64,000 nt of DNA from an uncultured archaeon (GCA_964558645.1 CAZLEV010000002.1:160001-224000), one strand, 5' to 3'; positions 37,842 to 48,565 are shown, numbered from the stretch's first letter. Numbers and translations are program-made. Notes: a model not told the origin generated them from the sequence alone.

Positions 37842-40331
37842 CTACGGCCAAGTGTATGGCTTCACCTCTTCCCAGAGAAGTCCCTCTGCAGGGCCAGACA
37901 CCAGCACGAAGTAATAGAGGCCCGTGTGATATCCCTGTAACTCAAGGACTGGACTACTGGGCGTGACGACGAACTCATGCACGACTGTGAGATTGGAGGC
38001 AAGAACAAAACCGAAGAAGTCACCCTCCAGCTCTCCTGCAATGAAATCGTAAGCCATTCCGAACTCTATGTAGATGTATCCTTTAAGCAACCCACCATAC
38101 CAATCCCACGAGTCGACAAGCCAGTGATAACTCTCACCACCCTGAACTGGACTGTCAGCGTTGGACGGCAGCTCGGTGGTTGGTGTCACCACCATGGTGA
38201 TGTTGGCCGGACTGTCTAGAACGTTCTCTTTGATGAAGATCAGTCGAGTGATGGTGGTGGGGCCTGCTATCGGATCGATGACATATCCCGGCCAAGTCCC
38301 ATTCACTATCTCTTTCACGAACGTGTCATTCGTCCCGTCTGACCAGAATCTCAAAATGGTTATCTTCCAGTGTGACGGGTCACCACTCCAGTTGAGGAAT
38401 ACAGAGAAGGCCTGAGTGCTGTTGATATCAATCACCTCGTACACGGACTCTCCGGGTTGGACAGTGGTGGTATCGCCCATAGTCTCGTTATTGTAGGTTA
38501 TCTCTATGCTTGGAACAACCCGCATGGATACTCTCCCACTGGCAGCACCCTCTGTGACCGACTTGATGACCCAGATGCGAGCTATCTTCTTCTCTCCATC
38601 CGGCTCGATGAAGACCTCACCCTCCTGTGTAGTCTTGTTCAGGGGGACTAGGAGGGTCTCATTCGTGCCGTCCTCATAGAATACCAGAACGACGGCCGTC
38701 CAGTTCTGTGCGGGACCACTGTAATTGAGCTGTACTCGGAAGGAAGTGCTGTTGGATATCTCGACCTCCTCGATCACAGCACCGCCGCCGCCTCGAACTC
38801 CCACGGTATCGCCGATTGCTCCTCCGGTGTAGTTAAGTCTGATGTGGGGTGTATAGACTGGAACACCATTAGCGTGGTGAGAATCAAGAAAGAGCCAGCT
38901 GAGAAAGCGGGCATATATCTCGGACCAGGTCATGTTCAGCGCGGTCGCAAGAGCATCCTTTGGATCAACGTTGCGGGCATCTCCGGGTCCGTAGTATCTG
39001 GTCGCATTGAAGACCTCAAGAAGCTTTTCGGCCCCGTAGGTCTCATTGATGAACTTGATGAACAGAAATGATGCCATGTAGGAGTTCCAGCTGTGGTCCC
39101 AACCATGGAAGGGGCTGGTCCCGTTCGTGTCACGGAAATGGTCGAACCAGTTGAGCGAGCCGATGGCACGAGCCATGTCATTCCAGGCCGACATGGTCAT
39201 GTTTGGATAGTTCTTGAGCATGGAATATACTCCCCAGAACTCGGCCATTCCCTCATCCCACCAGTAGTCAGGTTCATGTAGAGGATAATACGAACCACCT
39301 AGTGAGTCCGTGCGGGTCTTGAACTGGAAGAGGTGGAACAGCTCATGCTCCCCGACCACTTTGAGTTCTTCTTTAGTTGCCCTAGTTCCCACTCTGATGA
39401 CGATCTCTCCACTGCTTCTGGATACACCTGTAGACTCAGCAGAACCGCTTCTCACCAGACGGATCTTGATCTCATTTCCGGCTGCCGTGGCAGGATCGGT
39501 GAAGTTATGCTCTCTGAAGAAGTTCAGCGAGAAGTTGATGTGCTCTTTGACTAGAGCAATGACTGATGCGTTCACGCCGGGCCCCGCCGTAACCGTCACA
39601 TTCTCTCCGCGTTGCACATCAGGACGGACTATCCCATCGAAGTCATCAACAAGCCTGATGCTGTTAGTGAACAAGATCTGTTCTCCGCCGAAATCACCAG
39701 TTGTTGTGAAGAGCTCGGTATTCGGCTCTCCGGGAGTCTGAATGGTTGATATCCATGAGCTGGAGTATCCTTCGGAGTTTCCCATGAGTGAGATCGAGTG
39801 GTTGTCGCCAGGAGAGATACTCACGCCCATCTCCTCATTGGGCCAATCACCCATGACGGGATCACCATTGCCTCCTCCGTATCGCATGAAACTGACGAGA
39901 GCACCGGTAGCGTCGTGGAGACCCACTTCGTCGCCGGGAAGATCCAAGTGCTTTGTTGTTGAACCTGTATAGATAGTCGCCTGTCCGTCACCCACATCGA
40001 GGTCATTGGTCCCCGAGCCAGACACAACCAGAATGAATGCGAACTCGGAGTCACCGGTCAAAGTAGGTAACACGATACGGTCGTCATCATATGTTGTGAG
40101 GATCCAGCCGGTGATGTCCTCAAGACCCCCGTCCGTATAGAGCTCTACATACTCAGGAGAGTCGTCATGACTGGGCATGACTTCATTGATTATGATAGCC
40201 TGAGATGAAGCGGAGGGAATGTCTCTCAGTTCGACAGGCTGTTCGGTTTTCGACAACTGAAGATAGACATAGGATCCAGCTGCAACTCCAATAATGAGAA
40301 TAACGACGAATGCAACTATGCGGCGGTTCAT
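37842..40331 (-). CDS. Membrane-anchored lamin-tail-domain + gluzincin-type metallopeptidase surface protein
   Basis: N-terminal TM; IIINEVMP..EYVELY..DITGWIL..TPGEPN (LTD); HELFH..WWDEGMAE (HExxH plus downstream Glu); beta-rich C-terminal repeats. Confidence 0.85.
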   Translation of the reverse strand: MNRRIVAFVVILIIGVAAGSYVYLQLSKTEQPVELRDIPSASSQAIIINEVMPSHDDSPEYVELYTDGGLEDITGWILTTYDDDRIVLPTLTGDSEFAFILVVSGSGTNDLDVGDGQATIYTGSTTKHLDLPGDEVGLHDATGALVSFMRYGGGNGDPVMGDWPNEEMGVSISPGDNHSISLMGNSEGYSSSWISTIQTPGEPNTELFTTTGDFGGEQILFTNSIRLVDDFDGIVRPDVQRGENVTVTAGPGVNASVIALVKEHINFSLNFFREHNFTDPATAAGNEIKIRLVRSGSAESTGVSRSSGEIVIRVGTRATKEELKVVGEHELFHLFQFKTRTDSLGGSYYPLHEPDYWWDEGMAEFWGVYSMLKNYPNMTMSAWNDMARAIGSLNWFDHFRDTNGTSPFHGWDHSWNSYMASFLFIKFINETYGAEKLLEVFNATRYYGPGDARNVDPKDALATALNMTWSEIYARFLSWLFLDSHHANGVPVYTPHIRLNYTGGAIGDTVGVRGGGGAVIEEVEISNSTSFRVQLNYSGPAQNWTAVVLVFYEDGTNETLLVPLNKTTQEGEVFIEPDGEKKIARIWVIKSVTEGAASGRVSMRVVPSIEITYNNETMGDTTTVQPGESVYEVIDINSTQAFSVFLNWSGDPSHWKITILRFWSDGTNDTFVKEIVNGTWPGYVIDPIAGPTTITRLIFIKENVLDSPANITMVVTPTTELPSNADSPVQGGESYHWLVDSWDWYGGLLKGYIYIEFGMAYDFIAGELEGDFFGFVLASNLTVVHEFVVTPSSPVLELQGYHTGLYYFVLVSGPAEGLLWEEVKPYTWP

Positions 40332-40464
40332 AGGCTCACCTTCTCGTGGCCTTCACTATGGTTAACTAACTATTTAACGGTTTCTTTTGTATCCTGATAA
40401 TCTGTTTCTTGAAGTTAGGTGAGTGAACGTCACCTGTAAGAAACTTCTGCGTTCCACCCCTCCC

Positions 40465-41562
40465 CTAACTGGGGTATTTCCTCTTCAGTGCTTCAAGCGG
40501 GATGGTGACCATCCAGTCTCTACCGACCTTCCAACTGCCGTTGTCAAGATCGTAATTCTCGGGATAGAACCAATAGAGCGAGCTGTGATTCCCAACTGTG
40601 TCCATGGTGAAGACCTTCAGCTTGGGGAGATACCTCCAGAGTGAATAGAAGAGACGGTGTTCGTGAGTGGGAGGCATTCGTCCCCATATCAGGACTGCAT
40701 CCTGACTCAAGAGATCGATTGACAGGGGGAAGGGAGGCGCATCGTCTCTCTGAAGAGCGTTGAATATCTTCTGCCGGACTCCTTTTGCAGCCTGCGAGCA
40801 GTAGAAGAGCTTCGTTGACGTGACATCAAATCGAGACCTGTCAATCCTGGCACGTATAGACTCGATGTACTGCTCCTTCACGGCCGTCATCTTTCTGCTC
40901 GCTGTGCTCTGGGAGATGGAATATTTCTCCTGTAACTCGCGTTGAGAGATGTCTGCATTCGATGTCAGGTCTCTCAGGATATTCAGTTCGACTGAACTGA
41001 GCTGTGGTGGTTGAAGGTTTTGCTCTGCATCACCAGTCTCTGAGTCAGAGCCGTCAATCACACTCAACCACTTACTCCAATCGTAGTCCCAAGACTGACT
41101 CTCAGAATCAAACCTCTCCAGATTTACGGGCGTGGAATACCGATGCCCGATGCTCGGTATATCTTCTGCATCGTCACAGAAACCAAGCCCTCTGAGACCG
41201 GATAGGAACTCGGAGAGGAGTTGAGCACCTGAAGGAGGGATATCAAACTGCGTGAAGAGACCAGCCGACGGGCCGTAGATTCTAGATCTGTAGTGTGTAT
41301 AGGGATGAAGGTCACATGCCATCTCTAGCCGCTCCACCTGCGTTTCAGATGAAGCATCGAAGAACACAACATGGCGAACAAGACCGAGGCTGCCAGGGTT
41401 GAAGACAGCATAGGAGTTGGATAGAATGCCGGATTCTCTCAGTTGTTCAATGTGTCTGTTTGCAGTGATCCAGCTCGTCCCTACGTTCTCAGCGAGTCTC
41501 TTCACTGCTATCGTAGGTCTGAGTTCGAGTATCTGTAGTATTCTCAGATCAATCTCACTCAA
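40465..41562 (-). CDS. Tandem wHTH Lrp/AsnC-like transcriptional regulator
   Basis: IDLRILQILE..LAENVG.SWITANRHIEQL and a second HTH LSSVELNILRDL..SQRELQEKYSISQSTASRK. Confidence 0.85.
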   Translation of the reverse strand: MSEIDLRILQILELRPTIAVKRLAENVGTSWITANRHIEQLRESGILSNSYAVFNPGSLGLVRHVVFFDASSETQVERLEMACDLHPYTHYRSRIYGPSAGLFTQFDIPPSGAQLLSEFLSGLRGLGFCDDAEDIPSIGHRYSTPVNLERFDSESQSWDYDWSKWLSVIDGSDSETGDAEQNLQPPQLSSVELNILRDLTSNADISQRELQEKYSISQSTASRKMTAVKEQYIESIRARIDRSRFDVTSTKLFYCSQAAKGVRQKIFNALQRDDAPPFPLSIDLLSQDAVLIWGRMPPTHEHRLFYSLWRYLPKLKVFTMDTVGNHSSLYWFYPENYDLDNGSWKVGRDWMVTIPLEALKRKYPS

Positions 41563-41650
41563 TGTCAGAGCTCTTCACCTCCCGAGGACGGCTTGTCATG
41601 CGCTCACATCAGCTTTTCATTACGGTCACGGTATTCGTCAATCTTCTCCG

Positions 41651-42146
41651 TTATGCCGTCACAACCAAGGATCCACAGGGATCGGCATCACCCGAGCCGC
41701 CAGGCGGGTCAAAGGTGTATTCAGCTGCGCAGTATGCAACTCCCCCAGTGTAAGAAACGATCTCGACCGAGAAGGTGTAGTCCCCACTCTCCGTAGCATG
41801 ATTGTAGAAGTACATCACGCAGTGCAGCAACTCCAGGCGGGTATTGACCACATAGGCATACGAGTATACTGTGCCAGACGGAAGGGTTAGAGATGTATAC
41901 ACGTCAAATGTATATCGTGACTGGCCCGATAGCGTGATGTCGAAGAATCCGACAACATCGTCTTCTAGCCCATCATCATCGGCATCACAGTAGTATGCGT
42001 CAGTGATCTCAAGCGTGATGGAGACCTGTTCGTTGGTGCTCTGCGTTGTCGCTGTAGAGGCAGAAACTACAGGTAAGATTGAAACTAGACCCACACACAG
42101 CATGAGGATCAGAACAGAACGGATTAGCACTGTAGTTTTTCTCATA
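41651..42146 (-). CDS. Small secreted acidic beta-sandwich protein
   Basis: Signal peptide MRKTTVLIRSVLILML..; DADDDGLEDD (Ca-binding-like). ORF track extends to 42202. Confidence 0.7.
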
Positions 42147-42290
42147 AGAATCAGGCAGAGTTGCGCAGAATGTGATATAAATTCTTTGAGAGCCAGCTTC
42201 ATAATGTACCCAATGCTGAAGGTCGAGTCCCCCCTCCTTACTGAAACTGAATGACTACCTCACGGAGGCAGCAGTAATCTCGTGCCGTTC

Positions 42291-42854
42291 TCAGCCGCTC
42301 TGTGGTACGGTGAAGGTCCTGCTGACCGGTTCAAGAGTGAGATCCACGACGGGGTTGTCGAAGCCGGGAGGAGTGACCTTGACAGCGATGGTGATGGTCA
42401 GGTGAAACTCGCCACCTGTCGTGAGTCCATCCTCTGGACCAAGAAGAGTCATGACTTCTTTAGCACCCGTCCCTCTTAGACTACCCGGAGTCAGGACAAA
42501 GACCAGACTAGTGTTTGCCGGGGTTGTAAGATTGAAGGTTATGGTTATCTCAACAATGGCTCCCTCTTGGTCGTCGTCTCCGCTCACTTGAGTCCTTCCG
42601 GTGTTCCTCGCCAGCATGTACTCGTACGGGTTCATTGTGGTGACATCTACGTCAACATCTGTCAACCCTACGTTGAATACAGGAGCCTGCTTCGAATCAA
42701 TATCCGATAGCGATGCGGTAGCCAAGGGTGAGGAGACTGATAGCCCAAGAGAAACCTGTGCAACATCCACGTTCGTTCCGTAAATGGCAATCGGCAGAAT
42801 CACCAACGCGGCAAGAACAATCACCAGAACTATACCAGCTTTCTTCTTCAACAT
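42291..42854 (-). CDS. Membrane-anchored beta-rich hypothetical protein
   Basis: MLKKKAG followed by a hydrophobic helix; beta-strand-rich body. Confidence 0.72.
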   Translation of the reverse strand: MLKKKAGIVLVIVLAALVILPIAIYGTNVDVAQVSLGLSVSSPLATASLSDIDSKQAPVFNVGLTDVDVDVTTMNPYEYMLARNTGRTQVSGDDDQEGAIVEITITFNLTTPANTSLVFVLTPGSLRGTGAKEVMTLLGPEDGLTTGGEFHLTITIAVKVTPPGFDNPVVDLTLEPVSRTFTVPQSG

Positions 42855-42980
42855 GCATTCATTCCTTGACGTTCGAAATCTACAGGATACAGTTGGTAGA
42901 ATGAGTTATAAAACTTGAGGCCAGTAGATTAATATTCCACCCACCTTTTAGCCAGAACAACATTTTTGGAGAGACACGGT

Positions 42981-44291
42981 ATGGCGCATAAGGTGAGAAG
43001 AAATGTGCTGTTTGTCATCGCGCTGTTTCTCTGTGCTATGGTTGTTGGTATTGACAGCTGTACTGCATGGAGTAATGGCGGGAAAAGCACCAGTGAGAGT
43101 AACCCTGACTACGGAACACATGATCAGTTCGCCAAATATGGGATGATCTATGTGAAAGAAGACTTCCCCCATCTGGTCACATGGCTGGAGGAAGACTTGG
43201 CTGAGTACTACTACTGGACGGAAGTACCCGATATGGTCTACCAAGACTGGACCAATCACAACTACGACTTTGGTGACTACGGATATTGCGGTGGTCCACC
43301 GGACCGGGGCGGCCCGCAGGCAGTGCAGAACTGCTATGACTGGACAGTCGGCAATCTGACTCTATGGGTCGGACAGGGACAGCCGGCGGATTCGCAATAT
43401 GCATCTGATGCACGAAAATCCATGGGCCTTCTGACACACTATCTGTCGGATTTGTCCAATCCAATGCATACTGACGATGATGCAACCGACTCAGGCAAAG
43501 AGCACGAGGATTACTCAGGGCGAATTGGGAACTACATGTATCGAATGAGCTATCACAGCTGCCACGAGAAAGCCACCGACAGAGCTCTTGAAGCCTACGA
43601 GTACGAGTTCAATGCAATCCGACCAGATGTCACCCAGCCACTTCAAAACGACAATGCACACGACGAGGCCTTGTGGTGTGCCGAATTCGCCAATATGGGC
43701 GCAGACAGAACTGGTAGGACCACTGGATACGAGGGACAGGATGTAGGGGACCATTATCAGGAGTTTCTAGAAGAGATTGTCTATAGCTTCACGAACAAGA
43801 TCTGCACAACCCACCACGGGATTACCGTGGAGGGAACAACTGATCAGCTCTATGCCTGGAATGTTGAGGTCATGCAGCTCGGTGCGAGCTCCATTGGAAG
43901 AATCATCTACCACGCCTCTACCGAGGCAGGAGTCACCGGCGATGGAGGCGGAGAGCCTTCAGAACCTGGTACTATGTATGTGTCTGACATCTCCTGGAAT
44001 AAGAAGACCGTGAGAGGGAGATATCCTCGAACGGACTTAGAGTGCTTCGTCACTATCCTCGATACCTCAGGAAATCCTGTCGAAGGTGCAGATGTCACGA
44101 TTGATTGGACACACCCCGATGGAACGGTGATTACCCTGACAGCCACAACCGATGCCAGTGGCGTTGCCTCATTTGTGCAGCAAGATGTGCAAGCGGGAAC
44201 GCATACAGTGACGGTTGTTGATGTTGTCAAGACAGACTGGATCTACGACTCATCCCTGAACGTAGAAACCACCGACTCCTACGAAGTATAA
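42981..44291 (+). CDS. Secreted zinc-dependent phospholipase C / S1-P1 nuclease family protein with C-terminal Ig-like domain
   Basis: Signal peptide then W-SNGG..GTHD, PD, NHNYD, HYLSDLSNPMH, HSCHE (tri-zinc ligand pattern); C-terminal GNPVEGADV..TDASGVASF. Confidence 0.85.
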   Translation: MAHKVRRNVLFVIALFLCAMVVGIDSCTAWSNGGKSTSESNPDYGTHDQFAKYGMIYVKEDFPHLVTWLEEDLAEYYYWTEVPDMVYQDWTNHNYDFGDYGYCGGPPDRGGPQAVQNCYDWTVGNLTLWVGQGQPADSQYASDARKSMGLLTHYLSDLSNPMHTDDDATDSGKEHEDYSGRIGNYMYRMSYHSCHEKATDRALEAYEYEFNAIRPDVTQPLQNDNAHDEALWCAEFANMGADRTGRTTGYEGQDVGDHYQEFLEEIVYSFTNKICTTHHGITVEGTTDQLYAWNVEVMQLGASSIGRIIYHASTEAGVTGDGGGEPSEPGTMYVSDISWNKKTVRGRYPRTDLECFVTILDTSGNPVEGADVTIDWTHPDGTVITLTATTDASGVASFVQQDVQAGTHTVTVVDVVKTDWIYDSSLNVETTDSYEV

Positions 44292-44299
44292 CTAGAATT

Positions 44300-44360
44300 G
44301 CACGAGAGAAGTCTTTGTCTCTCGTGCCTATACTCTTTCTTCCTGTTTTCACTTCTTTGT
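44300..44360 (+). terminator. Hairpin plus pyrimidine-tract terminator
   Basis: GCACGAGAGA-N8-TCTCTCGTGC perfect stem followed by a T/C-rich tract. Confidence 0.65.
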
Positions 44361-44525
44361 TCAGTGTCTACGGAGTCCCATTGTATCTACAAATCGGGTT
44401 GAATATTATATATAGAAAATTAGTACTTTCTTAATTTTTTACCCAACATTTATATCGTAGAGTTCGTTCCGAGTTGTGTCTTGAAAAATGAATTCTTGAA
44501 ATTCGCCAAGACAGGAGACTGAAAA

Positions 44526-45566
44526 GTGAAAGCAAAGGTTTTTGCCGCAGTGATTCTATTCTTTCTGGTCGTCCCGCTCGTACCGCTTGTATACAATACA
44601 ACGGAAGCGCTGGACGAGGGGTTCACGTTGTATCCAGGACCCCCATCTTGGATAGGTGGTGGCGACGATACAACGTACGAATGGCAGGACGATGACCCTG
44701 AGACCCCCTGGGGCATTGAACGTGTGTTCAATGGGAACTATGATGGTGATCAGTATACAACACCAGTCCAAGTAGCGATACTGGACTCAGGCATCGATCT
44801 GGACCATCCCGACCTTGAGCCGAACATCGCGTGGGCTGTTGATGCGACAGGAAAGGGTGATCCTGACGATAAGAACGGACATGGCACCCATGTTGCAGGC
44901 ACCATCGGGGCAATACGCGACAATGCAGGTGTTGTCGGAATGTATGCCTATGTCGAGATTTACGCCATCAAGGTTCTTGGTGCCGGGGGAAGAGGAGATT
45001 GGAACGACCTCATTACAGCAATATATCTGGCCTGTGCCGGGCCTGATGGTGTAGAAGGTAATGAGGATGACGCCGATGTCATCAGCATGAGCCTAGGAGC
45101 ATCGTCAGCACCAGCAGAGGTGCATGACGCCATCAAACATGCATACAATCTTGGAATTGTACTCGTGGCGGCCGCTGGCAACGAGGGAGACGGGGACCCG
45201 AGTACAGAAGAGATCTCCTATCCGGCCTACTATGCAGAGGTGATCGCGGTCGGCGCGACAAGCAAAGATGACGCAATAGCCTCGTGGTCAAACACTGGTT
45301 CATACCTTGAGCTGGCAGCACCGGGGGTGTCTATCTACAGCACCTACAAGGGCGGAGGGTACGATACTCTCTCAGGTACCTCAATGGCGTGCCCACACGT
45401 ATCCGGGCTTGTTGCACTTGTAATCGCAATCAACGGAAAGATGCCCGTCGGCACGTTCGATGACACCAGCAAGACTACCATTCGGGGCTACCTACATAGC
45501 ACCGCATTAGACTTGGGTCCATCAGGATGGGACCCAGCCTATGGATGGGGCTTGATTCAGAGATAG
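44526..45566 (+). CDS. S8 subtilisin-like serine protease (Tk-subtilisin-like, no evident propeptide)
   Basis: LDSGID, HGTHVAG and GTSMACPH triad; AAGN oxyanion; PVGTFDD..DLGPSGWD tail. Confidence 0.95.
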   Translation: MKAKVFAAVILFFLVVPLVPLVYNTTEALDEGFTLYPGPPSWIGGGDDTTYEWQDDDPETPWGIERVFNGNYDGDQYTTPVQVAILDSGIDLDHPDLEPNIAWAVDATGKGDPDDKNGHGTHVAGTIGAIRDNAGVVGMYAYVEIYAIKVLGAGGRGDWNDLITAIYLACAGPDGVEGNEDDADVISMSLGASSAPAEVHDAIKHAYNLGIVLVAAAGNEGDGDPSTEEISYPAYYAEVIAVGATSKDDAIASWSNTGSYLELAAPGVSIYSTYKGGGYDTLSGTSMACPHVSGLVALVIAINGKMPVGTFDDTSKTTIRGYLHSTALDLGPSGWDPAYGWGLIQR

Positions 45567-45722
45567 AACTGACACAAAACAGGCAGGCGGTGGCCATCAC
45601 ATCGGTCTTGGCCATCCCTGCACTCATTTTCTTGTGAACAGCATGACATCCTCTGGGAATCTGAAACGTGGTTGCCTACTCAGTTGGAACAGATCTCTTA
45701 GATGTATATTCGCCAGAGGTCT

Positions 45723-47285
45723 TCAGCTACCGCCGTCGCGAGTTTGTCTTGACCTAGACCATGCTTCTCCCAATGGGGGGAGCGCATCAATTGCTTTTTT
45801 TACGGAACGCAACAGCTCCAGCTCGAATCGCGGTTGGAGGTATTCACCAACCATTCGTAGGACAGCCCTCAGGGAACTCTGAGTTCTTGAAATTCTCCGA
45901 TCTAGATACCATGTGCGTGCTGTAGACTTCGTGCGTTCTAGATATCGCTCCAAGTCTTCTCGGAGCTTGTCGATCCTCTTGGCAAAGAACCTTTGAACAA
46001 ATACATCTTGTCCTACACCCGGAATCCTGAGTATTTTGACTACCACACTCTGCGAGGATTTGTCGTTGCCTATGCGCTTGAGTATCACCGAGAGGTTTTC
46101 CTTAATGGCCTTGACTCCTGCACAGCCCAAATCCGTCATTACTGACACGGCCGCTCTCACAACCGGGCGACTACTATGTTTTAGAAACGGAGCGATGCGT
46201 TCCAGCAATACGTTTCGAGTCTGTGAGCCGAGAGCGTGGATTGCTGCTGCTTTAACGGTGTTCCCTCCTTTCTCAATGATGTCAATGAGGACAGCCTCAG
46301 CCTTCTCCGAGCAGATGCCTCCAATGGCACCGATTACGGCCCGGTCATATTTGGTGATGTTTCTCCGCGAGATCTTAACATTATCCCTCAGGATAGGCAA
46401 TGAGTCACCATGACCCACCTTGCCCAGAGCCTTAACGATACGCATTCGGACTCTCCTATTCTTCTCGACATCGAGAGCGTGATGTAGAAACGGCAACGCC
46501 CTCGAGTCCTCAGTAGCACCCAAGGCAGCAGCAGCCGACCCACGGTTGCCCGGGGCTTTATAGAGAGCGATGCGAACGGCGTTGGCCAGAATGCGGGCTG
46601 TTATGGGCGTGCACCTGCTCTTGAAGACCCGGCTGCTTCCAAGAGTGCGATACGACTTGTCCATTTCTACCTCTTCTGCAAACTCTCGTGTGATTCCCCT
46701 CACGGCATCTGCTGCCGAGTCAGTGATCTTCTCGTCAAGCCAGGTTCTTCGCCCCCAGTAGCGATATCTATACCTCCCCTGCTGCCCTGTTGGATCGCCA
46801 AGAGTTCGTGAGCCATCAGTCATGAGTATCATGAAACCGTAGAAGGTGCCCAGAACGTCAATCCGTGATGGGCGATTACCTAGCTCAGCCAGCTCCCTCT
46901 GTCTTGCGTCAAGGATCTCCTTTGCCAGTATGATGTAGGGAGTTTCCACCATTGCCTCTAGATCGAGAAAGTACGTGTGTCTGTTCTCTATCTGCTCTCT
47001 GAGAATATCGATAACGCGCTCGACCGCATTTGCTTGCGCTTGCTGGAGAGATGCCCCCTCAAGGTCCGAGAGCTTCTTGAATAGAAGCGTGTCTGTCCCT
47101 CCAACCGCTTCGAGCTCCAAGAGAGAAACGACTGCGTCTCTGCCCCTCCCACGAGAATCAGTCTGTTCGATATCATTCAAGAGGCTAGGCCAGTCACTAG
47201 TCTTCAAGTATTCCTGAGAATATTCTCTCAGCTTGTCGTATTCTCGATGCACAACAAGCTCTGCGACTCTCACGTCGGCCACCAT
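45723..47285 (-). CDS. HEAT-repeat protein
   Basis: Repeats RGSAAAALG, VRMRIVKALGKVG, VKAAAIHALG, VVRAAVSVM. Confidence 0.82.
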   Translation of the reverse strand: MVADVRVAELVVHREYDKLREYSQEYLKTSDWPSLLNDIEQTDSRGRGRDAVVSLLELEAVGGTDTLLFKKLSDLEGASLQQAQANAVERVIDILREQIENRHTYFLDLEAMVETPYIILAKEILDARQRELAELGNRPSRIDVLGTFYGFMILMTDGSRTLGDPTGQQGRYRYRYWGRRTWLDEKITDSAADAVRGITREFAEEVEMDKSYRTLGSSRVFKSRCTPITARILANAVRIALYKAPGNRGSAAAALGATEDSRALPFLHHALDVEKNRRVRMRIVKALGKVGHGDSLPILRDNVKISRRNITKYDRAVIGAIGGICSEKAEAVLIDIIEKGGNTVKAAAIHALGSQTRNVLLERIAPFLKHSSRPVVRAAVSVMTDLGCAGVKAIKENLSVILKRIGNDKSSQSVVVKILRIPGVGQDVFVQRFFAKRIDKLREDLERYLERTKSTARTWYLDRRISRTQSSLRAVLRMVGEYLQPRFELELLRSVKKAIDALPPLGEAWSRSRQTRDGGS

Positions 47286-47954
47286 ATCTCCCTATCATCG
47301 TTCCCCATGTTGGTATATTAACTCCCTCAGAATAGTGGTTTCCGAGATGATTCCTTCCGGTACATCTCTTGAGAGACAGCTTCATACTTCGACACCAACT
47401 GACAGTAAGAACTGTCCCGGGACAATCCGCGAACATGATAGTTCTGCAAACCATAGGCAGCCATCTGGTCCATTCTTCTTCTAAATGCAGGACCCATGAA
47501 TAGACCAGAATATGGATGAGTGAGACAGCTCCGAGCTCTCTCACTCATTGATCTCAATCGAACCACTTCTTGTTCAGGCTCTGTGGCATCCCTTTCAGAG
47601 TGCTGACTTCCTCGTCTTCGTATCGTAGCAATGACGACGAGGATTACAACCACACCAACAGGGCTGCTGCTGCTTTCCTCTTCTTTATGGTGGGGGTTTG
47701 CCTTTTTGGAACTAATGTCCTAATCATATTTGTTCCTATTCTCAATATTGTTACGATACGAGTTATTCGAATAGACGGCCAGCAGTTGGATTGATGGCAG
47801 CTCATCTCCGTCGGTGCGACCTCACAACAGGACTAGAAGAGAAACATCCCCACTCAGTCGAAGTAGAACGGCAAGATCCTGTGCATTGCCGTACCGCGTA
47901 GTTTTATTAGAAAAGTATGTGAATAGTAAAACGAACTATTGACGAGGTGATGCA

Positions 47955-48332
47955 TTGGCTACTGGTCTTGATGCCCCCCGCCCGGATCCGATAGAGCTGG
48001 ACATCATCAAGTCTTTCGGATGGGCAATTCTGGTCACTGAGGAACTCCTGTATGAGAGGTTCCTGCATATGTCAGCCAAGCGATCAGTGATGACCATAGA
48101 TGAATTCAGAAAGCATCTCCGACAAATGGAGGCCAAAGGTCTTGTTTCGGAAGAGAATCTTCATGGAAAGCGCGCATACCGCCTTCAGGTGATACCTGAG
48201 AGAATCGACCGAGGTGCCAGGCCACAGACACCTCTTGATGAGATGCGATTAGTAGCCGGGTCTCTGGCGGCGGCTATGAAGGATAAGAAGAGGAAGGACA
48301 CTACTCGAGAGAAGGAAACCTCAGCGAAATAG
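47955..48332 (+). CDS. Hypothetical winged-helix-like protein
   Basis: EFRKHLRQMEAKGLVS..RAYRL pattern; GAGGTGA SD. Confidence 0.6.
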   Translation: MATGLDAPRPDPIELDIIKSFGWAILVTEELLYERFLHMSAKRSVMTIDEFRKHLRQMEAKGLVSEENLHGKRAYRLQVIPERIDRGARPQTPLDEMRLVAGSLAAAMKDKKRKDTTREKETSAK

Positions 48333-48507
48333 GACCGCTCGGAGTAGCTATTGGATATGGTATCTTATTCGAAGCCATCAAGCGTCCTTCTACACAGTCT
48401 AAGGTGATTCAACGTATCAAACGAAACCAGCCGGAGTACATCGGGAAAACGAACTCTATCTCGATCATGAGATGCTTGTACGATTTAGAGCTAATCTTCG
48501 ATTCAAG

Positions 48508-48552
48508 CAAAAAAAAGAGAGAAGGAGGTTCAAGCTACACCTGCTTGAACCT
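48508..48552 (-). terminator. Hairpin plus U-tract terminator of the Liv-type operon
   Basis: AGGTTCAAGC-N7-GCTTGAACCT (48526-48552), followed on the minus strand by CCTTCTCTC and a T run. Confidence 0.7.
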
Positions 48553-48565
48553 TTCAGATGTTAGT

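Noticed and set aside
37842-40331. Lamin-tail domain as a eukaryotic signature protein
   Set aside because: LTDs are common in prokaryotic secreted hydrolases, and no coiled-coil rod is present.
47327-47800. Short ORFs between the HEAT and wHTH genes
   Set aside because: Only an orphan TM plus basic segment (VVVILVVIATIRRR) without a convincing start; at most a gene remnant.
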